From: Nitrospirota bacterium
GTDB taxonomy: Bacteria; Nitrospirota; UBA9217
DNA length: 64,000 nucleotides
Direction: 5' to 3'
NCBI GenBank assembly: GCA_963740085.1
Contig: CAVUCU010000001.1
Span: forward strand, 1,472,001-1,536,000
Both the position numbers and the translations under genes were made by a program. The notes beneath the pieces are model-generated. The model made no database searches. It had not been told where the DNA came from and was given only the letters and a program-made list of their open reading frames with translations. How positions within the stretch are numbered: the first letter of the stretch is position 1; each line of letters begins with the position of its first letter. Positions 41,006-52,643 of the stretch are shown here, piece after piece.

Positions 41006-41206
41006 TTAACCATGACGGAAAATACGCGCTGTCTTTGCTGCCTTTTTGCGTGCGGCTATCGCTTTTTTCTTCTTCTTTACGCTCGGCTTCTCGTAATGCT
41101 CGCGCTTCTTGACCTCAGAAAGCACTCCTTCCTTTTCAATGCTCTTCTTAAATCTCCGGAGCGCGGCCTCAAAAGGCTCATTGTCTCGTAACCTGATACT
41201 GGGCAC
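41006..41206 (-). CDS. rpsU: 30S ribosomal protein S21
   Basis: ALRRFKK..EKEG...[12 protein letters not shown] motif. Confidence 0.97.
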   Translation of the reverse strand: MPSIRLRDNEPFEAALRRFKKSIEKEGVLSEVKKREHYEKPSVKKKKKAIAARKKAAKTARIFRHG

Positions 41207-41447
41207 CCTCGCGACACCCCCCTCCTGTTATCACTATCTTGTTGTTATTTATGCTTTTTAGTTGGTCTGCGGGTAAAGGTCTTTTAACCGCCAAGAAGCA
41301 TGAAACAGTTAAACCGCTCCTCAATTAGAAGAAAAGCGGCATAATCATTAAAATTAACCAGTCCACCGGCGAATGTCAAGTGAAATTGTTACAAAATGGT
41401 CGTGCGTTTTACGTGTTCACCGCAGCAAAGATTCCCGCCGCCGTTCA

Positions 41448-42653
41448 TCAACTCCGGTATGCCGCGTTGATTTTCACATATTCGTATGACATATCGCACG
41501 TCCAGACCTTTCCGGACGCCTTGCCCTTGTGCAAATCGATGATGATCTGGACTTCCCTTTGCTTAAGGGCAAGCGTTGCGTCACGGTCCGCGGGCTTGCC
41601 CTGCCCCAGACCTTTTTCGACAAGCTTGCTCTTGCCGATATAAATATCCGTTCTGGATTCGTCCATCTCCACGCCGGAAGATCCCAAGGCCGCCATGATC
41701 CTGCCCCAGTTCGCATCTTCACCGAACAGCGCGGTCTTGACAAGACTCGACTTTGCCACGGTCATGGCCGCGCGTTTTGCCTCGATGGGGTTCCTGGCGT
41801 TCCTCACCTCGATCTCCACGAACTTTGTCGCGCCTTCGCCGTCCTTCACCACCTGCTTTGCCAGCGAACGCGCCACCGTGTCGAGACACGCCTGGAATTT
41901 TTTGCTGTCCTTGCTGCCCACACCGGGACGCTTGTTGAGCGCCGCGCCGTTCGCCATACAGAGTATCAGATCATTCGTGCTCATGTCTCCATCCACCGTG
42001 ATGTTATTAAAAGAGCTCTCCGTGGTCGCGAGCAGTGACTTCTTGAGCATCGGCGCCGAAATGTTCGCGTCCGTCACGATAAAGCAGAGCATGGTCGCCA
42101 TGTTCGGATGGATCATGCCCGAGCCCTTGGCTATTCCGGCGATCGTGACCGTCTTGCCACCAATCTCTTCCTGCACGATCGAAAGCTTGGGGTAAAGATC
42201 CGTGGTCATAATCGCCTCGGCCGCCTGCTCCCAGCCCGACGTCGACAGCAGGCCGACCGCGGTGCTGATACCCGTTGCCATCTTGGACAGGGGCAGAAAC
42301 TCACCGATCACACCGGTCGATGCCACATATACCGCTTCAGGTTTGATACCGAGCTCCCGGGACGCGATTTCCGCCGTCGCGCGCGCATCAGCGAGTCCTC
42401 GCTTGCCGGTGCAGGCATTGGCGCAACCGCTGTTCGCTATGATTGCCTGCCCTATCCCGGACTTCACCCTTGCCGTGTCCAGTAGAATTGACGCTGCTTT
42501 CACCCGGTTCTTCGTGAAGACCCCGGCAACCGCCGCCTCGCGGTCGGAATATATGATCGCGAGGTCTTTTTTGTCGGTCTTCTTGATACCGCAATGGATC
42601 CCCCATGCCTTATACCCCGGCACGGAAATATTCTTTGTGTCCAGAATTCTCAT
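41448..42653 (-). CDS. argJ: bifunctional ornithine acetyltransferase/N-acetylglutamate synthase
   Basis: KGSGMIHPNMATML, DGDMSTND and DGEGATK motifs. Confidence 0.97.
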   Translation of the reverse strand: MRILDTKNISVPGYKAWGIHCGIKKTDKKDLAIIYSDREAAVAGVFTKNRVKAASILLDTARVKSGIGQAIIANSGCANACTGKRGLADARATAEIASRELGIKPEAVYVASTGVIGEFLPLSKMATGISTAVGLLSTSGWEQAAEAIMTTDLYPKLSIVQEEIGGKTVTIAGIAKGSGMIHPNMATMLCFIVTDANISAPMLKKSLLATTESSFNNITVDGDMSTNDLILCMANGAALNKRPGVGSKDSKKFQACLDTVARSLAKQVVKDGEGATKFVEIEVRNARNPIEAKRAAMTVAKSSLVKTALFGEDANWGRIMAALGSSGVEMDESRTDIYIGKSKLVEKGLGQGKPADRDATLALKQREVQIIIDLHKGKASGKVWTCDMSYEYVKINAAYRS

Positions 42654-42744
42654 TCTTCAACCCCTGATTGTCATGGATTAATTGAATCGAGGAATCGGGG
42701 AGAATGGAAAAACCAGCTCTCCGATTCGCTTATTTGCATTTTTC

Positions 42745-43797
42745 TCACGGGAACAACCCGGCGAACCTGAGACCCTCCGCTTCATTAAACCCCATCATCA
42801 GGTTCATGTTCTGAATCGCCTGGCCCGATGCACCCTTGACCAGGTTGTCAATGGCCGTGACCACGACCGCACGTCCGGTCCGTGGATCGGCATAGACGCC
42901 GATATCGCAAAAGTTCGAACCCCGCACGTTTCGAACGTTCGGGAACTGCCCGACCGGCAGCAGTCGCACGAATGGTTCATCTTTGTAAAAGTCCCGATAC
43001 AGCGCATGGAGCTGTTCTGTATCAACCGGTGATTTTTGGTTCGCGTAGATCGTCGTCAAAATCCCCCGATTCAGAGGTACAAGGTGCGGCGTGAACGAAA
43101 CCGTTATTTGCTTTCCCGCCAGAGCGGAAAGCTCCTGCTCGATCTCCGGCATGTGCCGGTGCGTCCCGACCTTATAGGCCATGAATCCCTCGTTTACTTC
43201 CGGGTAGTGGTGTGCAAGCGAGGGACTGCGGCCAGCACCCGAGACGCCGGACTTCGAGTCGATTATGATGCTCCCCAGGTCTATCTTCCCCTTTTGCATA
43301 AGGGGCGCAAGCCCTAATAGTGCGCTCGTAGGGTAACACCCCGGGTTTGCGATCAACGACGCCTTTTTTATCTTTTCCCGGTGCAGCTCCGGCAGACCGT
43401 AAACCGCCTGTTTGAGGAGCTCAGGGTACTGGTGCGTGGTCTCATACCACGTTGCATACACTGAGGGGTCCGAGAGCCGGTAATCGGCGGACAGGTCCAC
43501 CACTTTTTTGCCAAGCAGGTGAAAGCGGAATGCCGCCTCCTGCGCCATCAAATGCGGAAGCGCGAGGAACACAAAATCTGCTTTCTTTGCGATGGTATCC
43601 GGGTCGAGGGGTTCGCACACCAGGGTTGACAATCCAGCAAGGTGAGGAAAGATTGAGGCAATGGGCTTTCCCGCGGATTTCTCCGACGTGACCGCGGTCA
43701 CGTTCACCTTCGAATGGTTCAGAAGGATCCTCATGAGCTCTCCGCCCGTGTACCCGCTTGAACCCACGATCGCAATGTTCAGTTTTTTTTCACTCAT
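42745..43797 (-). CDS. argC: N-acetyl-gamma-glutamyl-phosphate reductase
   Basis: [15 protein letters not shown] and [12 protein letters not shown] motifs. Confidence 0.97.
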   Translation of the reverse strand: MSEKKLNIAIVGSSGYTGGELMRILLNHSKVNVTAVTSEKSAGKPIASIFPHLAGLSTLVCEPLDPDTIAKKADFVFLALPHLMAQEAAFRFHLLGKKVVDLSADYRLSDPSVYATWYETTHQYPELLKQAVYGLPELHREKIKKASLIANPGCYPTSALLGLAPLMQKGKIDLGSIIIDSKSGVSGAGRSPSLAHHYPEVNEGFMAYKVGTHRHMPEIEQELSALAGKQITVSFTPHLVPLNRGILTTIYANQKSPVDTEQLHALYRDFYKDEPFVRLLPVGQFPNVRNVRGSNFCDIGVYADPRTGRAVVVTAIDNLVKGASGQAIQNMNLMMGFNEAEGLRFAGLFP

Positions 43798-43845
43798 TGT
43801 CGTGTACCCCGCCCATGTATCCCAGAAGGAGCCTTGAGCAAAATA

Positions 43846-43871
43846 AAAGGGAAGGCATCTCTACCTTCCCT
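43846..43871 (-). terminator. terminator after rpsI
   Basis: AGGGAAGG..CCTTCCCT hairpin with a T-tract on the minus strand. Confidence 0.65.
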
Positions 43872-43918
43872 ACAGTAACAGGAAATAAATCTCTGCAAAC
43901 AGACAGGTATGTGATCCT

Positions 43919-44320
43919 TTATCTCTTGGAGAACTGGAATCGCGCGCGCGCGCCCTTCTGGCCGTACTTCTTCCGCTCTACGGCCCTGGGGTCGCGGGTC
44001 AGAAGCCCTTCCTTGCGAAGCTTGATGCGCGACTCGCCGTCCGCTTCAAGCAGTGCCTTTGATATCCCGTGCCTGATTGCGCCGGCCTGGCCGGAGTTTC
44101 CGCCGCCGAGCACGTTCACCATGACATCGAACTTGTCCACCGTCCCGGTGACCTCAAACGGCTGGCGAATGATCATCTTGAGCACTTCGCGACCGAAGTA
44201 CTGGTCCATGGTCTTGTCGTTAATGGTGACCTTGCCGCTGCCGGGCATCATCCACACCCTGGCGATGGAATTCTTTCTCCTGCCTGTTGCATAATATCTT
44301 GATACGGTTGCCGCTGCCAT
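43919..44320 (-). CDS. rpsI: 30S ribosomal protein S9
   Basis: TGRRK and [19 protein letters not shown] motifs. Confidence 0.98.
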   Translation of the reverse strand: MAAATVSRYYATGRRKNSIARVWMMPGSGKVTINDKTMDQYFGREVLKMIIRQPFEVTGTVDKFDVMVNVLGGGNSGQAGAIRHGISKALLEADGESRIKLRKEGLLTRDPRAVERKKYGQKGARARFQFSKR

Positions 44321-44357
44321 TAAAAATCCTCCTCAGATGGTTCTTGTTTTACCCTGG

Positions 44358-44789
44358 TTATTTAACGATCATCTCCACCGGCTGCTGTGCCGTGTGCGGG
44401 TGCTTGTCCCCGGCGTAAACCTTAAGTTTGGTGAGCATCTGCTTTCCCAGCCTGGTCTTGGGAAGCATGCCCTCGACAGCCATCATCAACACATTCTCCG
44501 GTTTGGTCCTCATGAGCGTACCGGCGCTAACGGTCTTGAGACCACCGGGAAACCCCGAGTGGCTATAGTACATTTTCTGATCAAGCTTCTTGCCGGTCAG
44601 ATGGACCTTGTCCGCGTTCACTACGATAACGAAGTCTCCGGTATCAACATGGGTTGTGTAGATAGGCTTGGTCTTGCCTTTCAGCACTGAGGCGATGACC
44701 GTCGCCAATCTGCCCAAGGTCTTTCCGTTCGCATCAACGATGAACCACTTTCTTTCAATATCTTCCGCTTTTGCCGAATACGTAGCCAT
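44358..44789 (-). CDS. rplM: 50S ribosomal protein L13
   Basis: [16 protein letters not shown] and HPH.AQQP motifs. Confidence 0.98.
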   Translation of the reverse strand: MATYSAKAEDIERKWFIVDANGKTLGRLATVIASVLKGKTKPIYTTHVDTGDFVIVVNADKVHLTGKKLDQKMYYSHSGFPGGLKTVSAGTLMRTKPENVLMMAVEGMLPKTRLGKQMLTKLKVYAGDKHPHTAQQPVEMIVK

Positions 44790-44833
44790 AATTCCCGCCT
44801 TGTAGTATCTTAGTATTTTTTTTAAGAATAGCG

Positions 44834-44862
44834 AATATAAACAATTTCATAAGATTTGTCAA
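44834..44862 (-). promoter_or_regulatory. sigma70 promoter of rplM-rpsI
   Basis: TTGACA-N17-TATATT on the minus strand. Confidence 0.7.
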
Positions 44863-45059
44863 GCGTTTTTGTATGGGAAAAACCAATGATAGGGAGGGTG
44901 TCACCGGGGAGATCAATACGCCATCATTATGTAAACCTTTAAACATCAACAGGTTATACTACATATTGCAGCGCTTTGATGTAGCATCGTATGATTTGGA
45001 AAATATCAAAGACGGTGACTTCCCGACCCCCTTTTTTGCCTCTCTCACCGCCTGCTTAC

Positions 45060-45090
45060 AAAAAAGGGGCAGCCGCTCAGGGCTGCCCCT
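45060..45090 (-). terminator. rho-independent terminator
   Basis: AGGGGCAGCC..GGCTGCCCCT followed by poly-T on the minus strand. Confidence 0.75.
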
Positions 45091-45121
45091 CTCATTTATT
45101 ATTCACCTCACCGAAATGCAC

Positions 45122-45433
45122 TTACGCTTTTTCGGCAGCTCGCTCTTTCATCGTCTTTGGTACGGAGACGAGGTATCCCAAAACCGTGCCGATCAGACCG
45201 CCGACAATGAGGCTTACCGTTGCCGCGCAGGCTATCCCAACCACAATACCCATTACCACAGCCGCCCTGACAAAAAGCGTGGGTTCGACCGCACCACCCA
45301 TGAGCTTCTGGAGCAGGATCAAGGTCCCGAAGCTCCCGAAGTAGAATCCCGGCATGATCCCGAACACCAGGAAGACCAAACCACCTGCAGTTGCACCGAT
45401 CTTCATCCCTGTTTTTACTGTCTCGTTCTTCAT
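45122..45433 (-). CDS. small Gly-rich membrane protein (paralog 2)
   Basis: Start placed at MKNETVKTG after AAAGGAG; IGA..G.LVF..FG.MPG motif shared with its neighbour. Confidence 0.75.
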   Translation of the reverse strand: MKNETVKTGMKIGATAGGLVFLVFGIMPGFYFGSFGTLILLQKLMGGAVEPTLFVRAAVVMGIVVGIACAATVSLIVGGLIGTVLGYLVSVPKTMKERAAEKA

Positions 45434-45480
45434 GGCAAATCTCCTTTCAGCCTCAGCTGTATAGTCTTTGATCGCGGTTG

Positions 45481-45810
45481 CTATCTGTGTGCAGCCTTTG
45501 CTTCGCCAGCCTCTTCCTTGGGATGAGTGCCCGGTTCCAGGACCTTGCCCACGAGCCAACCAATGGTCGATGTGGCTGTCACCATCACGATGCCGGATAC
45601 GAGAACACCCATAAGCATGGATGCGAGCACGATGACCCTGGCTACGAGTCCTGGATGGAGGGGAAGCCCGAATAGCCATCCCGCAATATTGATACCCATG
45701 GCACCGCCTAACAGGCTGCCGGGCATAAGCCCGAAGAGCGCAAAGAGCACCAGTCCTGCGCCTGCCCCGATGTATGCTGTCTTTCTTGCTATTGTGGTCT
45801 TCATGGTCAT
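45481..45810 (-). CDS. small Gly-rich membrane protein (paralog 1)
   Basis: AAGGAGG RBS; YIGAGAGLVLFALFGLMPGSLLGG. Confidence 0.78.
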   Translation of the reverse strand: MTMKTTIARKTAYIGAGAGLVLFALFGLMPGSLLGGAMGINIAGWLFGLPLHPGLVARVIVLASMLMGVLVSGIVMVTATSTIGWLVGKVLEPGTHPKEEAGEAKAAHR

Positions 45811-45844
45811 GTCCTCCTTTTTCGCTCAGTCTTGATTCTTTAAT

Positions 45845-45860
45845 TGCATCAACCGTGCCA
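45845..45860 (-). promoter_or_regulatory. sigma54 (-24/-12) promoter
   Basis: TGGCACGGTTGATGCA (GG-N10-GC), 35 nt upstream of the start codon at 45810. Confidence 0.8.
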
Positions 45861-45974
45861 GAGAACAACCTGTTGATTTAATTAAAAATCATTTCTTTGG
45901 TGTTTTGCAAAAGTGAGAAAATCCATGGTCGTTTTATAGGAATGCGAAAAAACGGCGCAAAGAGAAAATTTTCC

Positions 45975-46132
45975 TTGAAACGCAGGCACATATATGGTAT
46001 TTTACGGGTCGCCTTTTAAAAAGGCATATCTTATTACACACGCGCCAGGACCTGTGGCAGGGTGTCCTGATTTAAAACGGGATCTGCCCGGGAATGATCG
46101 GCGCGGAGGTAAAAACCTGAGGGAGGGACGCG
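45975..46132 (+). promoter_or_regulatory. rpsB promoter and structured 5' leader
   Basis: TTGAAA-N17-TATTTT, then an ACACACGCGCC..GGCGCGGAGG leader typical of rpsB. Confidence 0.55.
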
Positions 46133-46927
46133 ATGTCCACGATCACAATGAAGGAGTTGTTGGAAGCAGGGGTACACTTCGGCCACCAGGCAAAACGATG
46201 GAACCCCAAGATGAAGAAGTATATTTTTGGAGAGCGTAACGGGATCTATATCATAGATCTCCAGAAAACGCTCAAACTGTTCAAGGAAGCCTACGAATTT
46301 GTCCGCACAGCCTCTTCCGAGGGAAAAGACATGCTGTTCGTCGGCACCAAAAAGCAGGCTCAGGACGCTATTACTGAAGAGGCAAAACGGTGTGGGATGT
46401 ACTATATCTCGAGCCGCTGGCTCGGTGGCATGCTTACCAATTTCGCCACTATCAAGAAAAGCATCGACCGTCTCAAGAAGATCGAGAAGATGAAAGAAGA
46501 CGGTACGTACGACAAGCTCACGAAAAAGGAAGTAGCCGGACTCGAGAAAGAACGCACCAAACTCGAAAAGATCCTCTGCGGCATCAAAACCATGTCCCAA
46601 CCACCGTCCATGATCTTCATCATCGACCCTCGTAAGGAGACGATCGCAGTCCAGGAAGCGAATAAGCTGGGCATCACGGTGGTCGCCGTGGTCGACACGA
46701 ACTGTGACCCCGACAATATCGACTATGTTATACCGGGCAACGACGATGCGATCCGCGCCATCCGATTGATGGCATCAAAAGTCGCCGATGCTGTCATCGA
46801 GGGAAAACAGGCCATCGCCAAGGAAGCCGGTGAGGCCGCAGAGGCAGAGAAGGCCGCTGGTGAAGCACCCGCGGCGGCCCCGGAGCCCGCGCTCGAGGAT
46901 GTAGACGCAACCGCGGAAGAAGCATAA
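46133..46927 (+). CDS. rpsB: 30S ribosomal protein S2
   Basis: [20 protein letters not shown] and PGNDDAIRA motifs. Confidence 0.98.
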   Translation: MSTITMKELLEAGVHFGHQAKRWNPKMKKYIFGERNGIYIIDLQKTLKLFKEAYEFVRTASSEGKDMLFVGTKKQAQDAITEEAKRCGMYYISSRWLGGMLTNFATIKKSIDRLKKIEKMKEDGTYDKLTKKEVAGLEKERTKLEKILCGIKTMSQPPSMIFIIDPRKETIAVQEANKLGITVVAVVDTNCDPDNIDYVIPGNDDAIRAIRLMASKVADAVIEGKQAIAKEAGEAAEAEKAAGEAPAAAPEPALEDVDATAEEA

Positions 46928-47093
46928 TAAGGAGCGGGCATTTCCGGCCCGATGCACGACCGATGTTATGCGGATGACGCGACAAAGCGACGTATCGGTC
47001 AGCCGGTACGTAATGGGTTTCGTCTGGAAGCATCGGCCTTTTGCTTTCTGCAAGTCATCGCTGTTTTTGATTTTCGATGAAAGGAGTTTTTTA

Positions 47094-47978
47094 ATGGCAA
47101 CAATATCTGCGAGTGCAGTGAAGGATTTGAGGGAAAAAACCGGCGTCGGCATGATGGAAGCAAAAAAGGCTCTTGAAGAAACCGGCGGCGATTTTGAAAA
47201 AGCGGTCGATCTCCTGAGGAAGAAGGGTCTGTCTGCGGCAGCGAAGAAAGCCACGCGGGTTGCGGCCGAAGGTATGATCGCTTCCGCCATCCAGGCGGAC
47301 GGAAAGACCGGGGTGTTGATCGAGGTGAACAGCGAAACCGACTTTGTGGCAAAGAACGATGACTTTCAGCGCTTTGCGAAGGAGCTCGCCGAGCTCGTGG
47401 CCGCCAAGAAGCCTGCCGACGTGGCGTCGCTGTCGCAGCTTTCGATGGGCAGTGATACGGTTGAGGCCGGGCGCAACGCGCTCATCCAGAAAATCGGCGA
47501 GAATCTCGCGATTCGCCGGTTCGTATGCTATGAGACTTCCGGTCAAATCGCTATTTATCTGCACGGCACCCGCATCGGCGTCATGGTGGACTACACCGGC
47601 GGCGACGAGCAGCTCGGCAGGGACATGGCTATGCACATTGCCGCGGCAAACCCGCAGTTCCTGAGCAGGGAAGCCGTGCCGACCGACGTACTCGAACGCG
47701 AACGCGCCGTGTATGAGGCACAGGCAAAGGAATCGGGCAAACCCGCTGCCATTATCGGCAAGATGGTAGAGGGAAAACTCGAAAAGTATTACTCCGAAGC
47801 CTGCCTCATGGACCAGGTGTACATCAAGGATCCCGACGGCAAGCTCAAGATCAAAGATTGTCTGAAGAAGGCCGGCGGAAACATCGTGCTCAATCGCTTT
47901 GTCCGTTACCAGCTCGGCGAAGGGATCGAGAAGAAGAAAGATAATTTTGCTGAGGAAGTCGCTGCCCAGCTCAAATAA
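47094..47978 (+). CDS. tsf: elongation factor Ts
   Basis: [12 protein letters not shown] and [12 protein letters not shown] motifs; ATG at 47094 after AAGGAG. Confidence 0.97.
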   Translation: MATISASAVKDLREKTGVGMMEAKKALEETGGDFEKAVDLLRKKGLSAAAKKATRVAAEGMIASAIQADGKTGVLIEVNSETDFVAKNDDFQRFAKELAELVAAKKPADVASLSQLSMGSDTVEAGRNALIQKIGENLAIRRFVCYETSGQIAIYLHGTRIGVMVDYTGGDEQLGRDMAMHIAAANPQFLSREAVPTDVLERERAVYEAQAKESGKPAAIIGKMVEGKLEKYYSEACLMDQVYIKDPDGKLKIKDCLKKAGGNIVLNRFVRYQLGEGIEKKKDNFAEEVAAQLK

Positions 47979-47979
47979 T

Positions 47980-48708
47980 ATGGCACAACCACGCTACAAA
48001 CGCATCCTGCTCAAGCTCTCGGGCGAGGCCCTCATGGGCGATCAGGGGTACGGCATCGACCATGCCGTGCTTGATACGATCACCTCGGAGGTGAAAGAGG
48101 TCTGCAGCCTCGGCGTCGAAGTCGCCATCGTCATCGGCGGAGGGAATATCTTCCGCGGCTTGTCGGGCGCTGCCAAGGGCATGGAGCGCGCAAGCGCGGA
48201 TTACATGGGCATGCTTGCCACGGTACTGAACGCGTTGGCGCTTCAGAATGTTCTCGAGAACAAGGGTGTGGTTACCCGGGTACAGTCGGCGATCGAGATG
48301 CGCGAACTCGCCGAGACCTACGTACGCCGCCGCGCGGTGCGTCATCTGGAAAAGCACCGCGTGGTCATCTTCGCCGCGGGCACCGGAAACCCCTACTTCA
48401 CGACAGACACCGCAGCAGCGCTCCGGGCGATGGAGATCGGGGCAGAGGTCATCATGAAGGCGACCAAGGTGGACGGTGTATACAGCGCCGACCCCATGAA
48501 GGACAAGACCGCCACCAAGTTCGACAGCCTGACCTATATCGAAGTTCTCCAGAAGGACCTTCGCGTCATGGATGCCACGGCCATATCCCTCTGCATGGAC
48601 AATGGCCTTCCCATCATTGTCTTCAACCTCAACGTCCCCGGCAATATCAAGAAGATCGTGACGGGCGAAAAAGTCGGGACGCTTGTGACCGGGAGGAACA
48701 ATGCTTAG
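47980..48708 (+). CDS. pyrH: UMP kinase
   Basis: [21 protein letters not shown] and [10 protein letters not shown] motifs. Confidence 0.98.
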   Translation: MAQPRYKRILLKLSGEALMGDQGYGIDHAVLDTITSEVKEVCSLGVEVAIVIGGGNIFRGLSGAAKGMERASADYMGMLATVLNALALQNVLENKGVVTRVQSAIEMRELAETYVRRRAVRHLEKHRVVIFAAGTGNPYFTTDTAAALRAMEIGAEVIMKATKVDGVYSADPMKDKTATKFDSLTYIEVLQKDLRVMDATAISLCMDNGLPIIVFNLNVPGNIKKIVTGEKVGTLVTGRNNA

Positions 48709-49264
48709 CGAGCAGAAGAAAAAAGCGGAAGAGAAAATGAGCAAGGCGCTCGATGTCCTCAGAAAAGAGTTTACCACGCTCCGCACGGGCAGGGCGTCGC
48801 TGGGCATCCTCGACGGGATCATGGTTGATTTCTACGGCACGCCCACCGCGCTCAACCAGGTGTCAAACATGGCAATGCCCGACCCCCGGATGATCACCAT
48901 CCAGCCCTGGGAACCGAAGATGCTCGGCGAGATAGAGAAGGCCATCCTGAAATCGGACGTCGGGATCACGCCCTCGAACGACGGCAAGATCATCCGCCTC
49001 AGCATTCCGCCTTTGACCGAAGAGCGACGGCAGCAGATCGTGAAACATGCGAAGAAACTGGCCGAGGACGCGCGTGTCGCTGTCCGAAACATCCGCCGGG
49101 ACGTGAACGACGATATCAAGAAGAAAAGCAAGGTCAAGGACGTTCATGTTTCAGAGGACGAAGTCAAGAAGTTGCAGGACGAGATACAGAAGACGACGGA
49201 CAGCTATATCAAAAAGATCGATGATCTTCTCGGTCACAAGGAAAAAGAGATCATGACCGTGTAG
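48701..49264 (+). CDS. frr: ribosome recycling factor
   Basis: [15 protein letters not shown] and VRNIRRD motifs. Confidence 0.98.
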   Translation: MLSEQKKKAEEKMSKALDVLRKEFTTLRTGRASLGILDGIMVDFYGTPTALNQVSNMAMPDPRMITIQPWEPKMLGEIEKAILKSDVGITPSNDGKIIRLSIPPLTEERRQQIVKHAKKLAEDARVAVRNIRRDVNDDIKKKSKVKDVHVSEDEVKKLQDEIQKTTDSYIKKIDDLLGHKEKEIMTV

Positions 49265-49542
49265 GCATATTTCCGAAGTCGGTCCTGAACTTCTCCGCGG
49301 CATCCTCTTCACGCTCAACCGTAATCACCGTGCAACCCTTTTCCACAAGAACCCTTATTGAATATTCCCCGCAAGCGAGGCTCCTCTCCCGCAAGAAAAA
49401 GACTTCCGTACCGCTGATTTCGCGCCTCGAAAATTAGACTTTTTGCGCAGCTTTACCTTGACAAAGGCACGGAATTCGACATATTATTATGCGTTTCTCA
49501 TAGAGCTGCGATCCCGCTGTACGAATGCGGAAGGAGGAACTT

Positions 49543-49974
49543 GTGAAGGTTGAGCAGATATCCATATTCCTCGAGAACAAATCCGGCCGCCTTGCCGAGG
49601 TGACCGATATTCTTGCCAGGAACGGGATCAACTTGAGGGCCCTCTCCCTGGCCGATACTGCTGATTTCGGGATCTTCCGGCTGATCGTCAGCGATACGGA
49701 AAAAGCGGTCACGCTTCTTAAGGACAAGAGGTTCACCGTCGCAAAAAATGAAGTTATAGCCGTGGAAGTGCCGGACCGGCCGGGCGGCCTCGCCGGGATC
49801 CTTGCCACCCTTCAGGGCAAGGGCATTAATGTTGAATACATGTATGCCTTCGTCCAGAAGAGCGAGGGCAACGCCGTCCTGATATTCCGGTTCGATGATA
49901 TCGAGAAGGCCATCGATGCGCTGCGGAACGCAGACGTCAGGATCTTGGGCGGTGACGCTGTACAGAGATTGTAG
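49543..49974 (+). CDS. tandem ACT domain protein
   Basis: [21 protein letters not shown] and NVEYMYAF motifs; GTG start after AAGGAGG. Confidence 0.9.
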   Translation: MKVEQISIFLENKSGRLAEVTDILARNGINLRALSLADTADFGIFRLIVSDTEKAVTLLKDKRFTVAKNEVIAVEVPDRPGGLAGILATLQGKGINVEYMYAFVQKSEGNAVLIFRFDDIEKAIDALRNADVRILGGDAVQRL

Positions 49975-50025
49975 GATCATCCCCTGCCCAGTGCAGGGAT
50001 ATTATTCTCAGGAGGAGAAAAGACC

Positions 50026-51168
50026 ATGAGACTGTTGAAATTCGCAGCAATAGCAGCATGCATTCTCGCCCTGTCGATCACGACGGCATGGGCGGGGAAA
50101 TCTATCAAAGTAGGCGCTATCCTGGCCGTAACCGGACCTGCGTCGTTCCTCGGCGCACCCGAGGCAAAGACACTCGAGATGATGGTCGAGGACATCAATG
50201 CCAAAGGAGGGATCAACGGCACCCGGGTGGAGCTGATCATCAAGGACTCGGGCGGCAGCCCTGAGAAGGCGATCTCATTTGCCAAACAGCTCATCGATGA
50301 AGAAAAGGTTTTCGCCATCATCGGCCCGTCCACCAGCGGCGAGACCATGGCCATCAAGAACATCGCTGAAGAAGGAAAGACCATCCTGATTTCCTGCGCC
50401 GCTGCCGAGGTGATCGTGAACCCCGTGGCAAAGTATGTATTCAAGACTCCCCAGATGGACAAGGACGCAGTGATCCGGATCTTCCAGCAGATGAAGAAAA
50501 TGAATATCTCCAAGATAGGCTTACTGTCTTCAAATACGGGCTTCGGCAAGGCAGGCAAGGAGCAGCTTGAAAAACTTGCTCCTGAATACGGCATCACCGT
50601 CGCGATCAGCGAGGTCTATGACAAAGCGGCCACGGACCTTACTGCTGAGGTGACGAAAGTAAAGGCCGCCAATGTGCAGGCGATCGTGAACTGGTCCATC
50701 GAGCCGGCACAGGCAATCGTGATCAAGAACGCCCGCCAGATCGGCCTGACCATCCCGATCTTCCAGAGCCATGGCTTCGGCAACATCGGGTATGTGAAGG
50801 CGGCCGGTTCTGCAGCCGAGGGTGTCATCTTCCCGGCTGGCCGACTGCTTGTTGCCGACACGCTTTCTGACAAGAACCCCCAGAAGGCGGTGCTTGAATC
50901 CTACAAAAAAGCCTACGAAACGAAATATAAGGAAGAGGTGAGCACCTTTGGCGGACATGCCTACGATGCCATGCTCATTCTCACCCAGGCGATCAAAACC
51001 GCGGGACCGGACAAGGAAAAGGTCAGGACCGCTATCGAGAACATCAAAGGCCTGGTCGGCACGGCCGGCGTCTTCAACTTCTCGGCCACGGACCACAATG
51101 GTCTCGATCTCAACGCCTTTGAAATGCTGACCGTCAAGGACGGCAAGTTCACTGCGCTGGAAAAATAA
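50026..51168 (+). CDS. Liv-type ABC transporter substrate-binding protein (copy 1)
   Basis: Signal peptide, IKVGAIL..TGPAS.LG and INAKGGING motifs. Confidence 0.92.
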   Translation: MRLLKFAAIAACILALSITTAWAGKSIKVGAILAVTGPASFLGAPEAKTLEMMVEDINAKGGINGTRVELIIKDSGGSPEKAISFAKQLIDEEKVFAIIGPSTSGETMAIKNIAEEGKTILISCAAAEVIVNPVAKYVFKTPQMDKDAVIRIFQQMKKMNISKIGLLSSNTGFGKAGKEQLEKLAPEYGITVAISEVYDKAATDLTAEVTKVKAANVQAIVNWSIEPAQAIVIKNARQIGLTIPIFQSHGFGNIGYVKAAGSAAEGVIFPAGRLLVADTLSDKNPQKAVLESYKKAYETKYKEEVSTFGGHAYDAMLILTQAIKTAGPDKEKVRTAIENIKGLVGTAGVFNFSATDHNGLDLNAFEMLTVKDGKFTALEK

Positions 51169-51323
51169 CGCGCGATCAATCTCAGACAGGGAGTGTCCGG
51201 CAAGGCCGGGCACTCCTTGTTGTTTCGGAACATCGGTAACCGGTCGTCCTTATGAGCAGGACGTCCCCGGAAAGCCGCAATTGTATGCCGGATCTCTGTT
51301 CTGTAAGGAGGAGGAGACCCACC

Positions 51324-52466
51324 ATGGGGATCAGTAAGTTCATTGCGGTAATCGTTGCTGCCCTTTCGTTTCTTGCCGCTTCTGTCTTCGCCGAAGACTC
51401 GATCAAGGTCGGTGCCATTCTTGCGGTTACCGGACCGGCATCAAACCTCGGTGCGCCCGAGGCACGGACCCTCGAGATGCTCGCGGAGGATATCAATGCA
51501 AGGGGCGGCATCATCGGGAAAAGGGTCGAGCTCATTCTCAAGGACACCGGCGGCAGTCCCGAAAAAGCCGTCTCCTTTGCGAAGCAGCTGATAGAAGAAG
51601 ATAAGGTGTTCGCCATCATTGGTCCATCCACCAGTGGTGAGACCATGGCGATCAAGAACCTTGCCGAAGCGGGAAAGACGATCCTTCTTTCCTGCGCAGC
51701 AGCCGAGGTCATCGTCAATCCACTCGGCAAATATGTTTTCAAGGTAGCGCCCAAAGACAGTTATGCCGCGATGAAGATCTTCCAGCAGATGAAAAAGATG
51801 AACATCTCGAAGATCGGCGTCCTTTCAAGCAATACGGGGTTCGGCAAGGCGGGCAAGGAACAGCTCGGGAAACTGGCGCCCGGGAACGGCATCCAGATCC
51901 TGATCAGCGAGGTCTATGATAAATCGGCAACGGACCTCACCGCCGAGGTCACCAAGCTCAGGACCAAAGGCGTACAGGCCATCGTGAACTGGTCCATAGA
52001 ACCGGCGCAGGCCATCGTGATCAAGAATGCACGCCAGATCGGCCTGAAGTTGCCGATCTTCCAGAGCCACGGTTTTGCCAATATCCAGTATGCTCAGGCA
52101 GCAGGTGTTGCCGCCGAGGGCGTGATCTTCCCGGCCAGCAGGATCATCGTTGCAGACCTGCTTCCCGATCGGCATCCGCAGAAACCGGTCGTCATGGCGT
52201 ACAAAAAGGCATATGAGACAAAATATGGCGAGGAGGTAAGCACGTTCGGCGGTCATGCCCATGACGCGCTGATGATCCTCGCCCGGGCCATCCGCGAGGG
52301 AGGCTATGACCGGGAAAAAGTGCGGGCCTCCATCGAGCACATCAGGGGATTCGTCGGCACCGCCGGTATTTTCTCCTTTTCTCCAACGGACCATAACGGC
52401 CTCGATATCGAATCCTTTGTCATGCTGACGGTAAAGAACGGCAAGTTCGCGTTGCTGGAGAAATAG
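51324..52466 (+). CDS. Liv-type ABC transporter substrate-binding protein (copy 2)
   Basis: Collinear, highly similar paralog of 50026-51168. Confidence 0.92.
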   Translation: MGISKFIAVIVAALSFLAASVFAEDSIKVGAILAVTGPASNLGAPEARTLEMLAEDINARGGIIGKRVELILKDTGGSPEKAVSFAKQLIEEDKVFAIIGPSTSGETMAIKNLAEAGKTILLSCAAAEVIVNPLGKYVFKVAPKDSYAAMKIFQQMKKMNISKIGVLSSNTGFGKAGKEQLGKLAPGNGIQILISEVYDKSATDLTAEVTKLRTKGVQAIVNWSIEPAQAIVIKNARQIGLKLPIFQSHGFANIQYAQAAGVAAEGVIFPASRIIVADLLPDRHPQKPVVMAYKKAYETKYGEEVSTFGGHAHDALMILARAIREGGYDREKVRASIEHIRGFVGTAGIFSFSPTDHNGLDIESFVMLTVKNGKFALLEK

Positions 52467-52643
52467 AATCTTACCACGGAAACACGCAGTTTGAAATCCG
52501 AGGGAGGATGAACGCGTACGACTTGGCTATTGCGTCTCTCTTCCCTCGTCTTTCGTTCGTCATACCCGCGTATTTCCTCCGTATCACCGCGCCTCTGCGG
52601 TAAATACTCGACTTTTCTTTTGTACACGGATGAGGAGTCTTTT

